Origin: Anaerovoracaceae bacterium
GTDB lineage: Bacteria > Bacillota > Clostridia > Peptostreptococcales > Anaerovoracaceae
NCBI GenBank assembly: GCA_045540775.1
Contig: JAZQHU010000052.1
Coordinates: 10,531-74,530 of the forward strand
Reading direction: 5' to 3'
DNA: 64,000 bases
Shown here: positions 56,234-64,000 of the stretch, one piece after another
Position numbering within the stretch: the stretch's first letter is position 1
Layout: every line of letters begins with the position of its first letter
Translations under genes and position numbers: made by a program
The notes under the pieces: model-generated
The model's input: only the letters and a program-made list of their open reading frames with translations
Database searches by the model: none
Told to the model about the DNA's origin: nothing

Positions 56234-56746
56234 CTACAGGTATCTATCGAGCACTTGCAGAATATTGCTTTTATGCCTAGCATAATCTTCACTTCGAAGC
56301 TTTTGCTCTTCTACGCTTAGTATTTGTCTGCTGCTTCTAAACTTAATTGCCATTCTTGTTTTTTCATCTTTGTGTATTTGCGTTCCCCAAAATACATCTT
56401 CTACGTCTCTGCAAAACCATATCAAGTCATAACCCTGCTGTTCACAATACTGCTTGATTTCAACTAATTCCCGCATGTGAGTCGGATCTGCATCATATCG
56501 GTCTGTATCTATGCAGTAAATAACATGTGTAGGACCAATTACTTTATACTGCTTGGTCTGATCAGCAATCTTTTTCAGTATATCCTTTTTTCTGTAGTTG
56601 CCCTTTCCCTCGAAAAAGATAAAACGTATTCTAATGCTATTTCCCAAATTATAATAATTGAAAATCGTTTCGCGTATATATACTAAATCCGTTTCTGCCT
56701 TGGAATTAGTCTCTACGCAGAATAATAACTGTTTACTCATAATCAT
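56234..56746 (-). CDS. RloB-like / Toprim-like protein
   Basis: 170 aa. LLFCVETNSKAETD (Toprim Glu) and YCIDTDRYD (DxD). Its ATG overlaps the ATPase stop (ATGA). Confidence 0.6.
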   Translation of the reverse strand: MIMSKQLLFCVETNSKAETDLVYIRETIFNYYNLGNSIRIRFIFFEGKGNYRKKDILKKIADQTKQYKVIGPTHVIYCIDTDRYDADPTHMRELVEIKQYCEQQGYDLIWFCRDVEDVFWGTQIHKDEKTRMAIKFRSSRQILSVEEQKLRSEDYARHKSNILQVLDRYL

Positions 56747-58068
56747 TCACCCAGCACGCCCAAGAAATCTTCTGGCTCTATGTTGAAAGGCAAGTATTCG
56801 ATCATACCCTGTCTATACAGTTTGTCAGGAGCGAAATTGCCATTGGTTTTCCATTCTACGATTTGATTATCACTGGACAGAAAGGCTATTGACTTCTTGT
56901 TGCTCCTTAGGCTTGCCATTGGACTGGTATTGTGAGTAGTGAAGCAAAGTTGCCCTTTGCCGTATTGCATAAAGTAATCAATTATTTTGCTTAAATAGAC
57001 ATCATTAATGTTTGCGTCCATTTCATCAATAAAAGTGATTTCACCATCTGCAGCAGAATTGAGATAGTCGAATAGTTTTATAAGTTTGGTAATACCAGTA
57101 CTCTCAAAAACCGTGTCAACACGATAATCTCCGTAATTCATCAGAAGCTTACAAGCAAAGAATTCTCCTGCTTCTGTTTTATCTATGTCTATAGATTTAA
57201 GATCTCGTTTGAATAACTGAATAAATCGCTCGAGTTTTTTTATCTTCAATTTATAGTTCTCAAATAAATCCTTTGCTATCAGCTTTTCATTAGCATTTGC
57301 AAACCGCCCTACAGTGGAGACCATTCTGGTTATTTTGTCGAAAAAATCATCCGGATCTTTGGCTTCAAGAAGCTCTTTTTTCTGCAAATACAAGTCAGGA
57401 TCATCTTCACTAGCAATGCAAACGTTTATTTTTGCGGCAAAGAAATAAAGGTCAAACATCATCATTCTGAAAGGAGAAGACATATTATTTCTGAAGATAT
57501 CTTTACTATTTAGCAAGCAATTAATGGCCAAAGATTGCTTGCCCAATAGATTCAGTGACTCCCTGATAAGCCTGTCTTTAGTCTCTTCATCATCAATCAT
57601 TACGCTATTGATTTCTCCTTTAAGACATTCGAAGACTACTATTTCTTTTGCCCTTGTACCATTAAAACGACATTTAAGAGATTCCCGTTCAATTTCAAAA
57701 AGGCCCATAGGATTCAGACCGAGGCTGACCTCGTAACTATATATTCTGCTTTGAGCGTCAGTATAATAAATGAAATCGCTATTCAGCTCAATTCTCCTAG
57801 TCTTTTTATTGACCATAGCCTGAAGGTACTGCTGGTTTTTGGAGTCGTTAAGATAAGTGCTGTCTATAATAATGTTTCTGAGAACATCCATACCGACAAC
57901 TATAGCAGTCTTACCAGATCCGTTTTCACCATAAATAGCTTTGATTCTGTATTTTTCAGGATCAAACTGTTTATCTATAGTTTTTTTGTAAAAGTTAAGT
58001 TCTATAGTTTTTTCAAGGTTTTTGATTCCAGATACCTTGAAATTCAACAAATATACTTTCTCACCCAT
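56743..58068 (-). CDS. AAA_21/ABC-type ATPase, partner of the RloB-like protein (AbiL/OLD-like two-gene module)
   Basis: 441 aa. Walker A GENGSGKT, FIDEMDANI (Walker B), TTHN (H-loop). Confidence 0.7.
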   Translation of the reverse strand: MGEKVYLLNFKVSGIKNLEKTIELNFYKKTIDKQFDPEKYRIKAIYGENGSGKTAIVVGMDVLRNIIIDSTYLNDSKNQQYLQAMVNKKTRRIELNSDFIYYTDAQSRIYSYEVSLGLNPMGLFEIERESLKCRFNGTRAKEIVVFECLKGEINSVMIDDEETKDRLIRESLNLLGKQSLAINCLLNSKDIFRNNMSSPFRMMMFDLYFFAAKINVCIASEDDPDLYLQKKELLEAKDPDDFFDKITRMVSTVGRFANANEKLIAKDLFENYKLKIKKLERFIQLFKRDLKSIDIDKTEAGEFFACKLLMNYGDYRVDTVFESTGITKLIKLFDYLNSAADGEITFIDEMDANINDVYLSKIIDYFMQYGKGQLCFTTHNTSPMASLRSNKKSIAFLSSDNQIVEWKTNGNFAPDKLYRQGMIEYLPFNIEPEDFLGVLGE

Positions 58069-58203
58069 GGTTTACTCCTCCTTGATAACAATATATCAGC
58101 AGTATAAACAAAATGCAAGAAAAATACAATTTGTATTTTTCTTGCATCGATGGTTTGTTTTAACAACAATTGGAAGCTTGGCTATATTGTTTTATTTATT
58201 TCT

Positions 58204-58566
58204 TCACCAAAGCTGCCCCAACATCTGGTAAACGTCTTTTTTCCACCCTTCCTTTTTTGAACAAAATGGGCATCCATGACCTGCTTTGAGCGAATGAGGT
58301 CTCGGGTTCCATTCATAACCACATGTTTTGCATCTACATTTAATTCCAGTTTCTGTGTTTACATATTCACCAAGAATCTCGATGTTGGGATTAACGTTCT
58401 TCATAAGTTCAGTGAAGGACTTTGTATCTAGCTTTAATGTTCCCGCACATCTTGGACATCCGGAAGGTTTAGTTTTTATTATTGAAGTCGCTTTCGGATC
58501 CCAAACATAACTGCATTTTTTACACCTGCACTTTATTCTATCTTTGCTTCCTCTATAAGCCTCCAA
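58204..58566 (-). CDS. Tandem zinc-ribbon protein, probably 5'-truncated
   Basis: Two repeats: NPNIE..IKCRCKKCSYVWDP...GCPRC and NPNIE..IKCRCKTCGYEWNP...GCPFC. TTG start in the track. The same frame stays open upstream into the IS3 flank. Confidence 0.45.
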   Translation of the reverse strand: MEAYRGSKDRIKCRCKKCSYVWDPKATSIIKTKPSGCPRCAGTLKLDTKSFTELMKNVNPNIEILGEYVNTETGIKCRCKTCGYEWNPRPHSLKAGHGCPFCSKKEGWKKDVYQMLGQLW

Positions 58567-58651
58567 TGGTTCAATATTAGGATTTAACCTCTTGTCATAG
58601 TTGTTATCATAATGCTTGTTCGCAATACTTTTTTTAATGGAGGTAATGTAA

Positions 58652-59791
58652 ATGCAAAGAAAGCACTATACAGAAGAAGAAAAAAACGCAGTTATGTCTC
58701 AGTATGCTGCATGCGGCGGAGAGGTCAAAGCTATGCTGGCTGATTTAGGTATTCCTAAGAGCACCTTCAATCAATGGCTTCGCGAATACGATCTTCGCTA
58801 TGGATGTAAAAGTAAATATGATTTTAGTCCTAGAAATTTCCGCAATATTTTGCAACGAAATGACCATCTTGAGGATCTGCTTGCAGTTCTGAGCGATTCA
58901 TACTGTTCTCCTAACGCTCCTCTTAGGGAGCGTCTTAATGAAGCTGAGAAGCTATACAAAAACTATAATATTCACCTTGTATGTGAAGCGCTGAATATTT
59001 CGAGAGGCAGTTTCTACAATCACATCAAGAGGAACAAGCGCAAGCAAGCTTGGTATTATCTCAGAAGAGAAGAGCTAAAAAAAGAAATCCGCGACATCTA
59101 CTACGATACCTCAGAAATATATGGAGCAAGAAAAATGGCTGCTGCACTAAGGCAGAAGAACATAACAGTAAGCGTTCATCTTGTTCGAGAGCTGATGGCT
59201 GAAATGGATCTGATAAGCATACGAGTTTATTCTAACTACCTCTACCAGAAAGAATTTGGAAAATACAAGAATCACGTTAATCAGTTCTTCGAGGCTGATG
59301 CTCCGAATCAGATCTGGGTCAGCGATGTAACTCAGTTCAAGTACAAGGAATACTATTATTATATTTGTGTAATAATAGACCTATTCTCCCGGAAAGTCGT
59401 TGCCTGCTGTGTAGGGAGAAACAATACCACTTATCTCGTAAAAAGGACCTTCCGGGAGGCGTATAACGATCGTATCCCCGGTGAAGGTCTTATTTTTCAT
59501 AGCGACCGAGGTTCAAATTACAAAGCGGAATCATTCAGAATACTATTGGCCTCAAAGAATGTAACGCAATCCTTCTCAAGAGCACATATGCCATATGACA
59601 ATGCTGTCATGGAGAATTTCTTCGGCTCATTGAAAAAAGAGGAACTGTACAGATGGCGATATCGGTCAGAGCGTGAGCTCAAAGAGCGTATCAGGGAGTA
59701 TGTAGACTTCTACAATAACGATCGCCTGCACGAAAAACTGCAGTACAAGACACCTGCACAAGTTGAAGAAGAGTATCTCAACAGTCTGTGA
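58652..59791 (+). CDS. IS3-family transposase (single fused ORF)
   Basis: 379 aa. N-terminal HTH, then rve DDE core: WVSDVTQF, HSDRGSNY, DNAVMENFF. Element ends not determined. Confidence 0.9.
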   Translation: MQRKHYTEEEKNAVMSQYAACGGEVKAMLADLGIPKSTFNQWLREYDLRYGCKSKYDFSPRNFRNILQRNDHLEDLLAVLSDSYCSPNAPLRERLNEAEKLYKNYNIHLVCEALNISRGSFYNHIKRNKRKQAWYYLRREELKKEIRDIYYDTSEIYGARKMAAALRQKNITVSVHLVRELMAEMDLISIRVYSNYLYQKEFGKYKNHVNQFFEADAPNQIWVSDVTQFKYKEYYYYICVIIDLFSRKVVACCVGRNNTTYLVKRTFREAYNDRIPGEGLIFHSDRGSNYKAESFRILLASKNVTQSFSRAHMPYDNAVMENFFGSLKKEELYRWRYRSERELKERIREYVDFYNNDRLHEKLQYKTPAQVEEEYLNSL

Positions 59792-60200
59792 ACAGGCAAA
59801 ATGAACATCGGATATTTGTATTGATTGTTCGGTGTGATAGCCCCGTGGGTTCGAATTCCGGTTCTTTGCAGTTTTGAAACGCATTTTACGATTTTATTTG
59901 ACCCCGAAAGGTTCTCCGAATCACATGAACCCCGCTGATTGCAACGAAAAACCGGGGTCCTCACGAACTTGAGGGTTCGTATAGGTTACCCCGGTGCAGA
60001 CTCGAAGAAGTCAGGAGCGTACAAACGTTGAAATTCCAAGGAGGAAAAGCGCCGTCCACGTTTGTACCCAGCTCTGTACCCAATTAACTATTATGTAAGT
60101 AGCAATATAATTGTGTCATAATATTTCACCAGATGAACTCTCCGCTTTTACCGCCCGATTTATTGAGGAGGTGTATATCATCAAGGCAAAGGATTACATC

Positions 60201-60680
60201 CTATTTAACAGTAACTGTATTCAAATAACGAACTGCCCTCTTGCTGTTAGGGTCTCCGAAAACAACCAGTTGCGCCCCCTGGCCTCCTTCAATTCCTTCG
60301 ATCACTTCTCCGCCATCTGTGAGCGCAACGTATACTTTTCCGCTCTCAAGGATCTCTGCACCGGTAAGATCTGCAGAATAATTATCCTCTGAAGTAACAG
60401 TGACCAGAGTGTCATCAGCTATCTCGACCCCATTATCACTGAGGATGCTGCCGAGTTCAGCTCCTGTATATTCATGATGAGATATCTCGCCTTTGCCATT
60501 CACAAGATCACCTTCGAAAGATTGGGCATCAATATTATCCCAGGCAACAGTTATCTCCTTATCGCCCATCGTTATTACCATGCCGGGTTTATCTTCGCTG
60601 TTTCCTCTGTTCAATAACGCCAGTATTCCTGCAGCGATCACCAGGACCGCGATCAGCACTGCAATTATCTTCTTCTGCAT
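60201..60680 (-). CDS. Membrane-anchored molybdopterin-oxidoreductase-fold (YedY-like) domain protein (tentative)
   Basis: 159 aa. N-terminal TM/signal segment and a beta-rich domain (GAELGSIL...VTSEDNYSADL...VYVAL...LVVFGD). Confidence 0.4.
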   Translation of the reverse strand: MQKKIIAVLIAVLVIAAGILALLNRGNSEDKPGMVITMGDKEITVAWDNIDAQSFEGDLVNGKGEISHHEYTGAELGSILSDNGVEIADDTLVTVTSEDNYSADLTGAEILESGKVYVALTDGGEVIEGIEGGQGAQLVVFGDPNSKRAVRYLNTVTVK

Positions 60681-60702
60681 TTTTTATTACCTCCTATGTG
60701 TA

Positions 60703-61305
60703 CTATCCTGCTATTTCCCCATTTACATGCTCATGCGCGGGCAGATCTCTTCTCACTGCACTGTTTCCTGCAGTCGTGGTCAATATCGGTCTCAACCTGC
60801 AGGAAAGGCTGTGACCCAGGACCCCGCAAATGGCTCCGCTGACGAGAGCTACTGCTATATATAGCGCAAGCGGCACTCCGGTCAGATGAAATACTATTAT
60901 GTTGGCCGTAAATCCGGCAGCTGCCGCGGCCAGCAAGTTTGCTATTACCATTGTGATGTAACTTCCGCTGCCACTCTTTCTTCCGATCAGGAATACCAGA
61001 TCGATTATAATTCCGGGAACTATGTAACCTATTGGTGATAATGCTCCCATGCTGCCAACCATCCCCAATGATAATGCGATCATGCTCTGGACAAATCCCA
61101 TAATAGTCGCGCATCCTCTTACAGATACGATAGCAGCTGCAACTACAAGGAACATCAGTGAGAAACTCGTTCCTATACCGCCCGGTATTCTTATGAAGTC
61201 CGTAACTATGTTTGCGACCGGAGCAATGAGGCGCTTGGCGAACAGCCCCATGTCACAACAAAGGGTCAGGAAAATCAGGTTTCTGAGTCTGTAGTTATTC
61301 ATCAC
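60703..61305 (-). CDS. Small polytopic membrane protein, ECF S-component-like (tentative)
   Basis: 200 aa with about 5-6 TM helices. Overlaps the upstream gene's stop. Confidence 0.4.
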   Translation of the reverse strand: MMNNYRLRNLIFLTLCCDMGLFAKRLIAPVANIVTDFIRIPGGIGTSFSLMFLVVAAAIVSVRGCATIMGFVQSMIALSLGMVGSMGALSPIGYIVPGIIIDLVFLIGRKSGSGSYITMVIANLLAAAAAGFTANIIVFHLTGVPLALYIAVALVSGAICGVLGHSLSCRLRPILTTTAGNSAVRRDLPAHEHVNGEIAG

Positions 61306-62518
61306 GGCACTCCTTCCTTCCCGATATATCCCGCTCCCAGCCGGATACTATCGACATTACTTTCATCATCATCTGATCTCTGTTTTCTTCAGTGAGCATG
61401 ATCAGCTCTGAATTCGGATGATTCCGTATATTCTCTATATGGTCGATACTCTTGTCAGTATCCTTTATAGAAGCGAGAATGTGTATATCACCATCAAAAG
61501 CTTCAGTCACAATTTTGCGGAAATCTAATGCGCCATTTTCCATGAAGCCGATCTCATCCATCACCAGAATGCCATCCGGTCTGGCAGAGCGGATCAATTC
61601 TGTTCCAAGCAGCTCGAAAGTCTCTAATCTTACATCCAGCACTTTATCCCTGGTACTTCCGATATAGTTATCAGTTCCCCTTCTACGATTTTTACTGCCC
61701 GCGGGATACATATATACTCTGCTTATCCCGTCAGCATCATCCCGGAATATCTTAGTGCTGTATCCATATACAGTTACTTTGACATCCTGCATAACTTTTT
61801 CAATAAGAGTTGTCTTTCCTGTTTGCTTTTTCCCACATATCAGTACGTGTTTACAGCCGTGTTCAGATGTAAGATCCAGATAATCATCTGGACTGTTTAT
61901 GTTACTGAACAACTTATCTTCGATGTTCTCATCCGCAGTGTCTATTATCCTGCATCTGGTTTTATTGAGCGTTTTAGCTATCTTATATTTTGAACTATCT
62001 ATATCCGCTTTTAAGACAGGTATGCAGCGTACTGAATACCAGCCAAAGGTTGTCTGCAGCTTTCCGTCCGATGTTCTCCATAATACTGCATCAGTATCCG
62101 GTTCTATATATCCACTCAACTTACGCACTATCTCCGAAGTAAAACGCGGTGCATCGCAAGGAGCATAGAACAATCCGTCAAGTCCATCCGCTGCGGCTTG
62201 TCTCAGGCAGGAATAGATACCGCCCATTGGGCCGATATATCCACCATCCCTGCCGGTCACGTGATCCCTGACCAGCTTCCATCCTTCCGGTGTGTTCTGC
62301 CAGTAATTGGCAACAGACAGATAACACGGCAACCCCATGATGCTCATTTCAGCCATGATACATTCCATAAATGTCTTCCCGCCGTATTCAAGACTCGCCT
62401 TGTTAACGTGTCCCATGCGGCTCCCGGCGCCGCCTGCCAGTATGGCACATCCGTTTTTTCCGTTCATAGTTACATATACAAAATGACACTGCACGAAACA
62501 ATGATCATGCAGTGTCAT
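61295..62518 (-). CDS. Fusion protein: MobA-like molybdenum cofactor guanylyltransferase + P-loop NTPase
   Basis: N-terminus AILAGGAGSRMG (MobA nucleotide loop). C-terminus ICGKKQTGKTT Walker A and VMDEIG Walker B. The true start may be MNGKNG at 62467. Confidence 0.65.
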   Translation of the reverse strand: MTLHDHCFVQCHFVYVTMNGKNGCAILAGGAGSRMGHVNKASLEYGGKTFMECIMAEMSIMGLPCYLSVANYWQNTPEGWKLVRDHVTGRDGGYIGPMGGIYSCLRQAAADGLDGLFYAPCDAPRFTSEIVRKLSGYIEPDTDAVLWRTSDGKLQTTFGWYSVRCIPVLKADIDSSKYKIAKTLNKTRCRIIDTADENIEDKLFSNINSPDDYLDLTSEHGCKHVLICGKKQTGKTTLIEKVMQDVKVTVYGYSTKIFRDDADGISRVYMYPAGSKNRRRGTDNYIGSTRDKVLDVRLETFELLGTELIRSARPDGILVMDEIGFMENGALDFRKIVTEAFDGDIHILASIKDTDKSIDHIENIRNHPNSELIMLTEENRDQMMMKVMSIVSGWERDISGRKECRDE

Positions 62519-62546
62519 AATTTCATGCTCTTTTTTACGATTATTG

Positions 62547-62640
62547 GTAGGTTGGAAGGTTTCCCCGCCAGCCCCGGAGGATCAGGATCCTCGGCGCAGC
62601 CCCATGCAGCCTCACGCAGACCGTTTAGGAGCTTTTGCTC
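62547..62640 (-). promoter_or_regulatory. GC-rich structured leader upstream of the MobA-fusion operon; possible Moco/Wco riboswitch
   Basis: Minus strand contains CCGAGGAT-CCTG-ATCCTCCGG, repeated GGGGCTG blocks and a GGGGAAACC segment. The Moco link rests on context only. Confidence 0.3.
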
Positions 62641-62794
62641 AAAGAACTATATTCAATTTTGTGAGAGGGATGGGAACCTAAGCGTTATTGATAATTATGA
62701 CGCTCAGGTTCCCATATAAATATTATCATCGTGCAGCCATCTCTGTCTGTCACGGTAATCTGATGTTGTGACATATTGTCACACGTTCAGGCTA

Positions 62795-64000
62795 TTATGC
62801 CAAAAGTCTGACTACATCGTAATTCTTGTAATCTCCTTCAAGAAGCTTACGCACCTGTCCGAGATTATGTGCAACTGCGCACTTATGAGGTTTCCCATTC
62901 ACGATTATAGCGACCTCCTCAGGATCCTTATCAAGATTCCAGCCTGTTGCTCCAAGAAGTTCCTTGTATGGGAGGACTCCGTCGTTCCAGGTCTTGTCAA
63001 GAGTCTGAGCTGCCCTCTTATGCGGTGCTCCACCTGTTCTCAGGAATATCCTGTACAGCTCCCTTGCATTTATGACGTAATCCGCGTTGCCGGTTTCTTT
63101 GCCTTCTGCTCCTGCTTCCTTAACATTAGTGATATTCACCAGCTTGAGAGGCTTCTCCCCTGCAAGCTCTGCAGCACTCTTGCAGAAGCTTGTCTGCGCA
63201 GAGTCGTAGCAGTCTATCTTGTCCTTCATTCCCGGGAAGTATCTGTCAACGAAGTTCATTACAGCAGAGCTGTCCGTTATGATGACAGTCTCTTTGCCGA
63301 TCTTCTTCTCGATGATCTCTGCTGCCTGCTTTGCTGATGTATATTTTGCATGCTCATCACTTACTACAGTCTTTACACCGACCTTGTGGAGTGCAGCTGC
63401 GATCTTTCCGAGCGTGATTTCATTCTCATCCACTTTGAACAGCTTAGCAAGTTCCGGAATGACATCCGCAGATACCTGCGCTGCCACATCTGTGTCATAC
63501 GAATGTGCAAAGTAAAGCATCTCATCCTTATGCTCCTGCATATATATAGCTCCTACAGGGCATACATCAACGCAGTGTCCGCAGCGTACGCAAGCTGACT
63601 CTGCCATTGGCTTACCCATCTCAGGTACTACCATGATGTCTCTTCCTCTGTTGGCCATCGACAGGTTGTGGACTGTCTGGACCTCTCCGCAGATATCGAC
63701 GCATCTTCTGCACTTGATGCACTTGTTAGGGTTTCTGATGACGCTGTCAAGAGAGGTATCCTTCTCATAATCAGCCTCATGCTGGATGTATGGCAAAACG
63801 TCTACGTGGTACTCTCTGTTAAGTGTCTGCAGTTCGCAGAATCCGTCTCTCTCGCAGTCGCACCAGAAGCACATCTCGCAGAACTTAGGATCGAGTGACT
63901 GTTCTGATGAAGAACCTATTCTCATGCAATGGTGGCAGTCTACGGCATGATGAGCCATGATGAGCTCGAGTGTAGCCTTCCTTGCTGCCTGCAGCTTCTC
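62795..64000 (-). CDS. Fe-S protein with [FeFe]-hydrogenase/NuoG-like N-terminus (5' end beyond window)
   Basis: The frame continues upstream of the listed Met (EKLQAARKATLELIMAHHAVDCHHC). His-ligated cluster motif and two ferredoxin motifs, CIKCRRCVDIC and CVRCGHCVDVCP. Confidence 0.7.
   Translation of the reverse strand, partial: EKLQAARKATLELIMAHHAVDCHHCMRIGSSSEQSLDPKFCEMCFWCDCERDGFCELQTLNREYHVDVLPYIQHEADYEKDTSLDSVIRNPNKCIKCRRCVDICGEVQTVHNLSMANRGRDIMVVPEMGKPMAESACVRCGHCVDVCPVGAIYMQEHKDEMLYFAHSYDTDVAAQVSADVIPELAKLFKVDENEITLGKIAAALHKVGVKTVVSDEHAKYTSAKQAAEIIEKKIGKETVIITDSSAVMNFVDRYFPGMKDKIDCYDSAQTSFCKSAAELAGEKPLKLVNITNVKEAGAEGKETGNADYVINARELYRIFLRTGGAPHKRAAQTLDKTWNDGVLPYKELLGATGWNLDKDPEEVAIIVNGKPHKCAVAHNLGQVRKLLEGDYKNYDVVRLLA

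Noticed and set aside
59835-59865. tRNA or tmRNA fragment (GGGTTCGAATTCC)
   Set aside because: The T-stem does not pair (GTGGG versus TCCGG) and there is no acceptor or anticodon arm on either strand.
1-64000. CRISPR arrays and rRNA genes
   Set aside because: No regularly spaced 25-40 bp identical repeats with unique spacers were seen, and no rRNA-like conserved segments were found. The repeat arrays present have periods of 12, 25-26 and ~75 bp with different architectures.

Overview
This looks like a chromosomal segment from an anaerobic Firmicute (Clostridia-like). Most genes lie on the minus strand.

The housekeeping backbone includes:
- dnaE
- a complete Stickland D-proline reductase cluster (prdC-prdA-small ORF-prdB-prdD-prdE, with prdF divergent), in which PrdB is a selenoprotein with an in-frame TGA
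- a purine permease
- serine dehydratase sdaAB/sdaAA
- mtnK and dinB
- Nudix, HAD and VOC family enzymes
- a Moco-related operon

Four accessory modules interrupt this backbone:
1. **Bacteriocin export and precursors.** There is a HlyD / C39-ABC / ABC export operon (1-4591) and a second ABC pair whose C39-like domain has lost its catalytic residues (30.5-34.9 kb). Two tandem Nif11-leader precursors with glycine-rich, 3-Cys cores sit at 41.0-42.0 kb.
2. **Integrative mobilizable element.** An ~8.3 kb element is inserted in tRNA-Arg(ACG), bounded by 37-bp direct repeats (21446-29750).
3. **Orphan reverse transcriptase (35.0-36.8 kb).** It is preceded by two tandem paralogous ~120-nt structured RNA genes, each with its own extended -10 promoter and U-tract, and it is bracketed by short tandem repeat arrays. 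This is my top candidate for an undescribed system.
4. **AT-rich defence island (52.5-58.6 kb).** It lies between an IS110 and an IS3 element and carries a stand-alone TIR/SEFIR protein, a 973-aa DSR2-like SIR2 protein and an ATPase+RloB/Toprim pair.

A 27-bp REP-like hairpin family and several iteron or hairpin arrays are also present. All calls come from reading the sequence and motifs by eye. No database searches were run.
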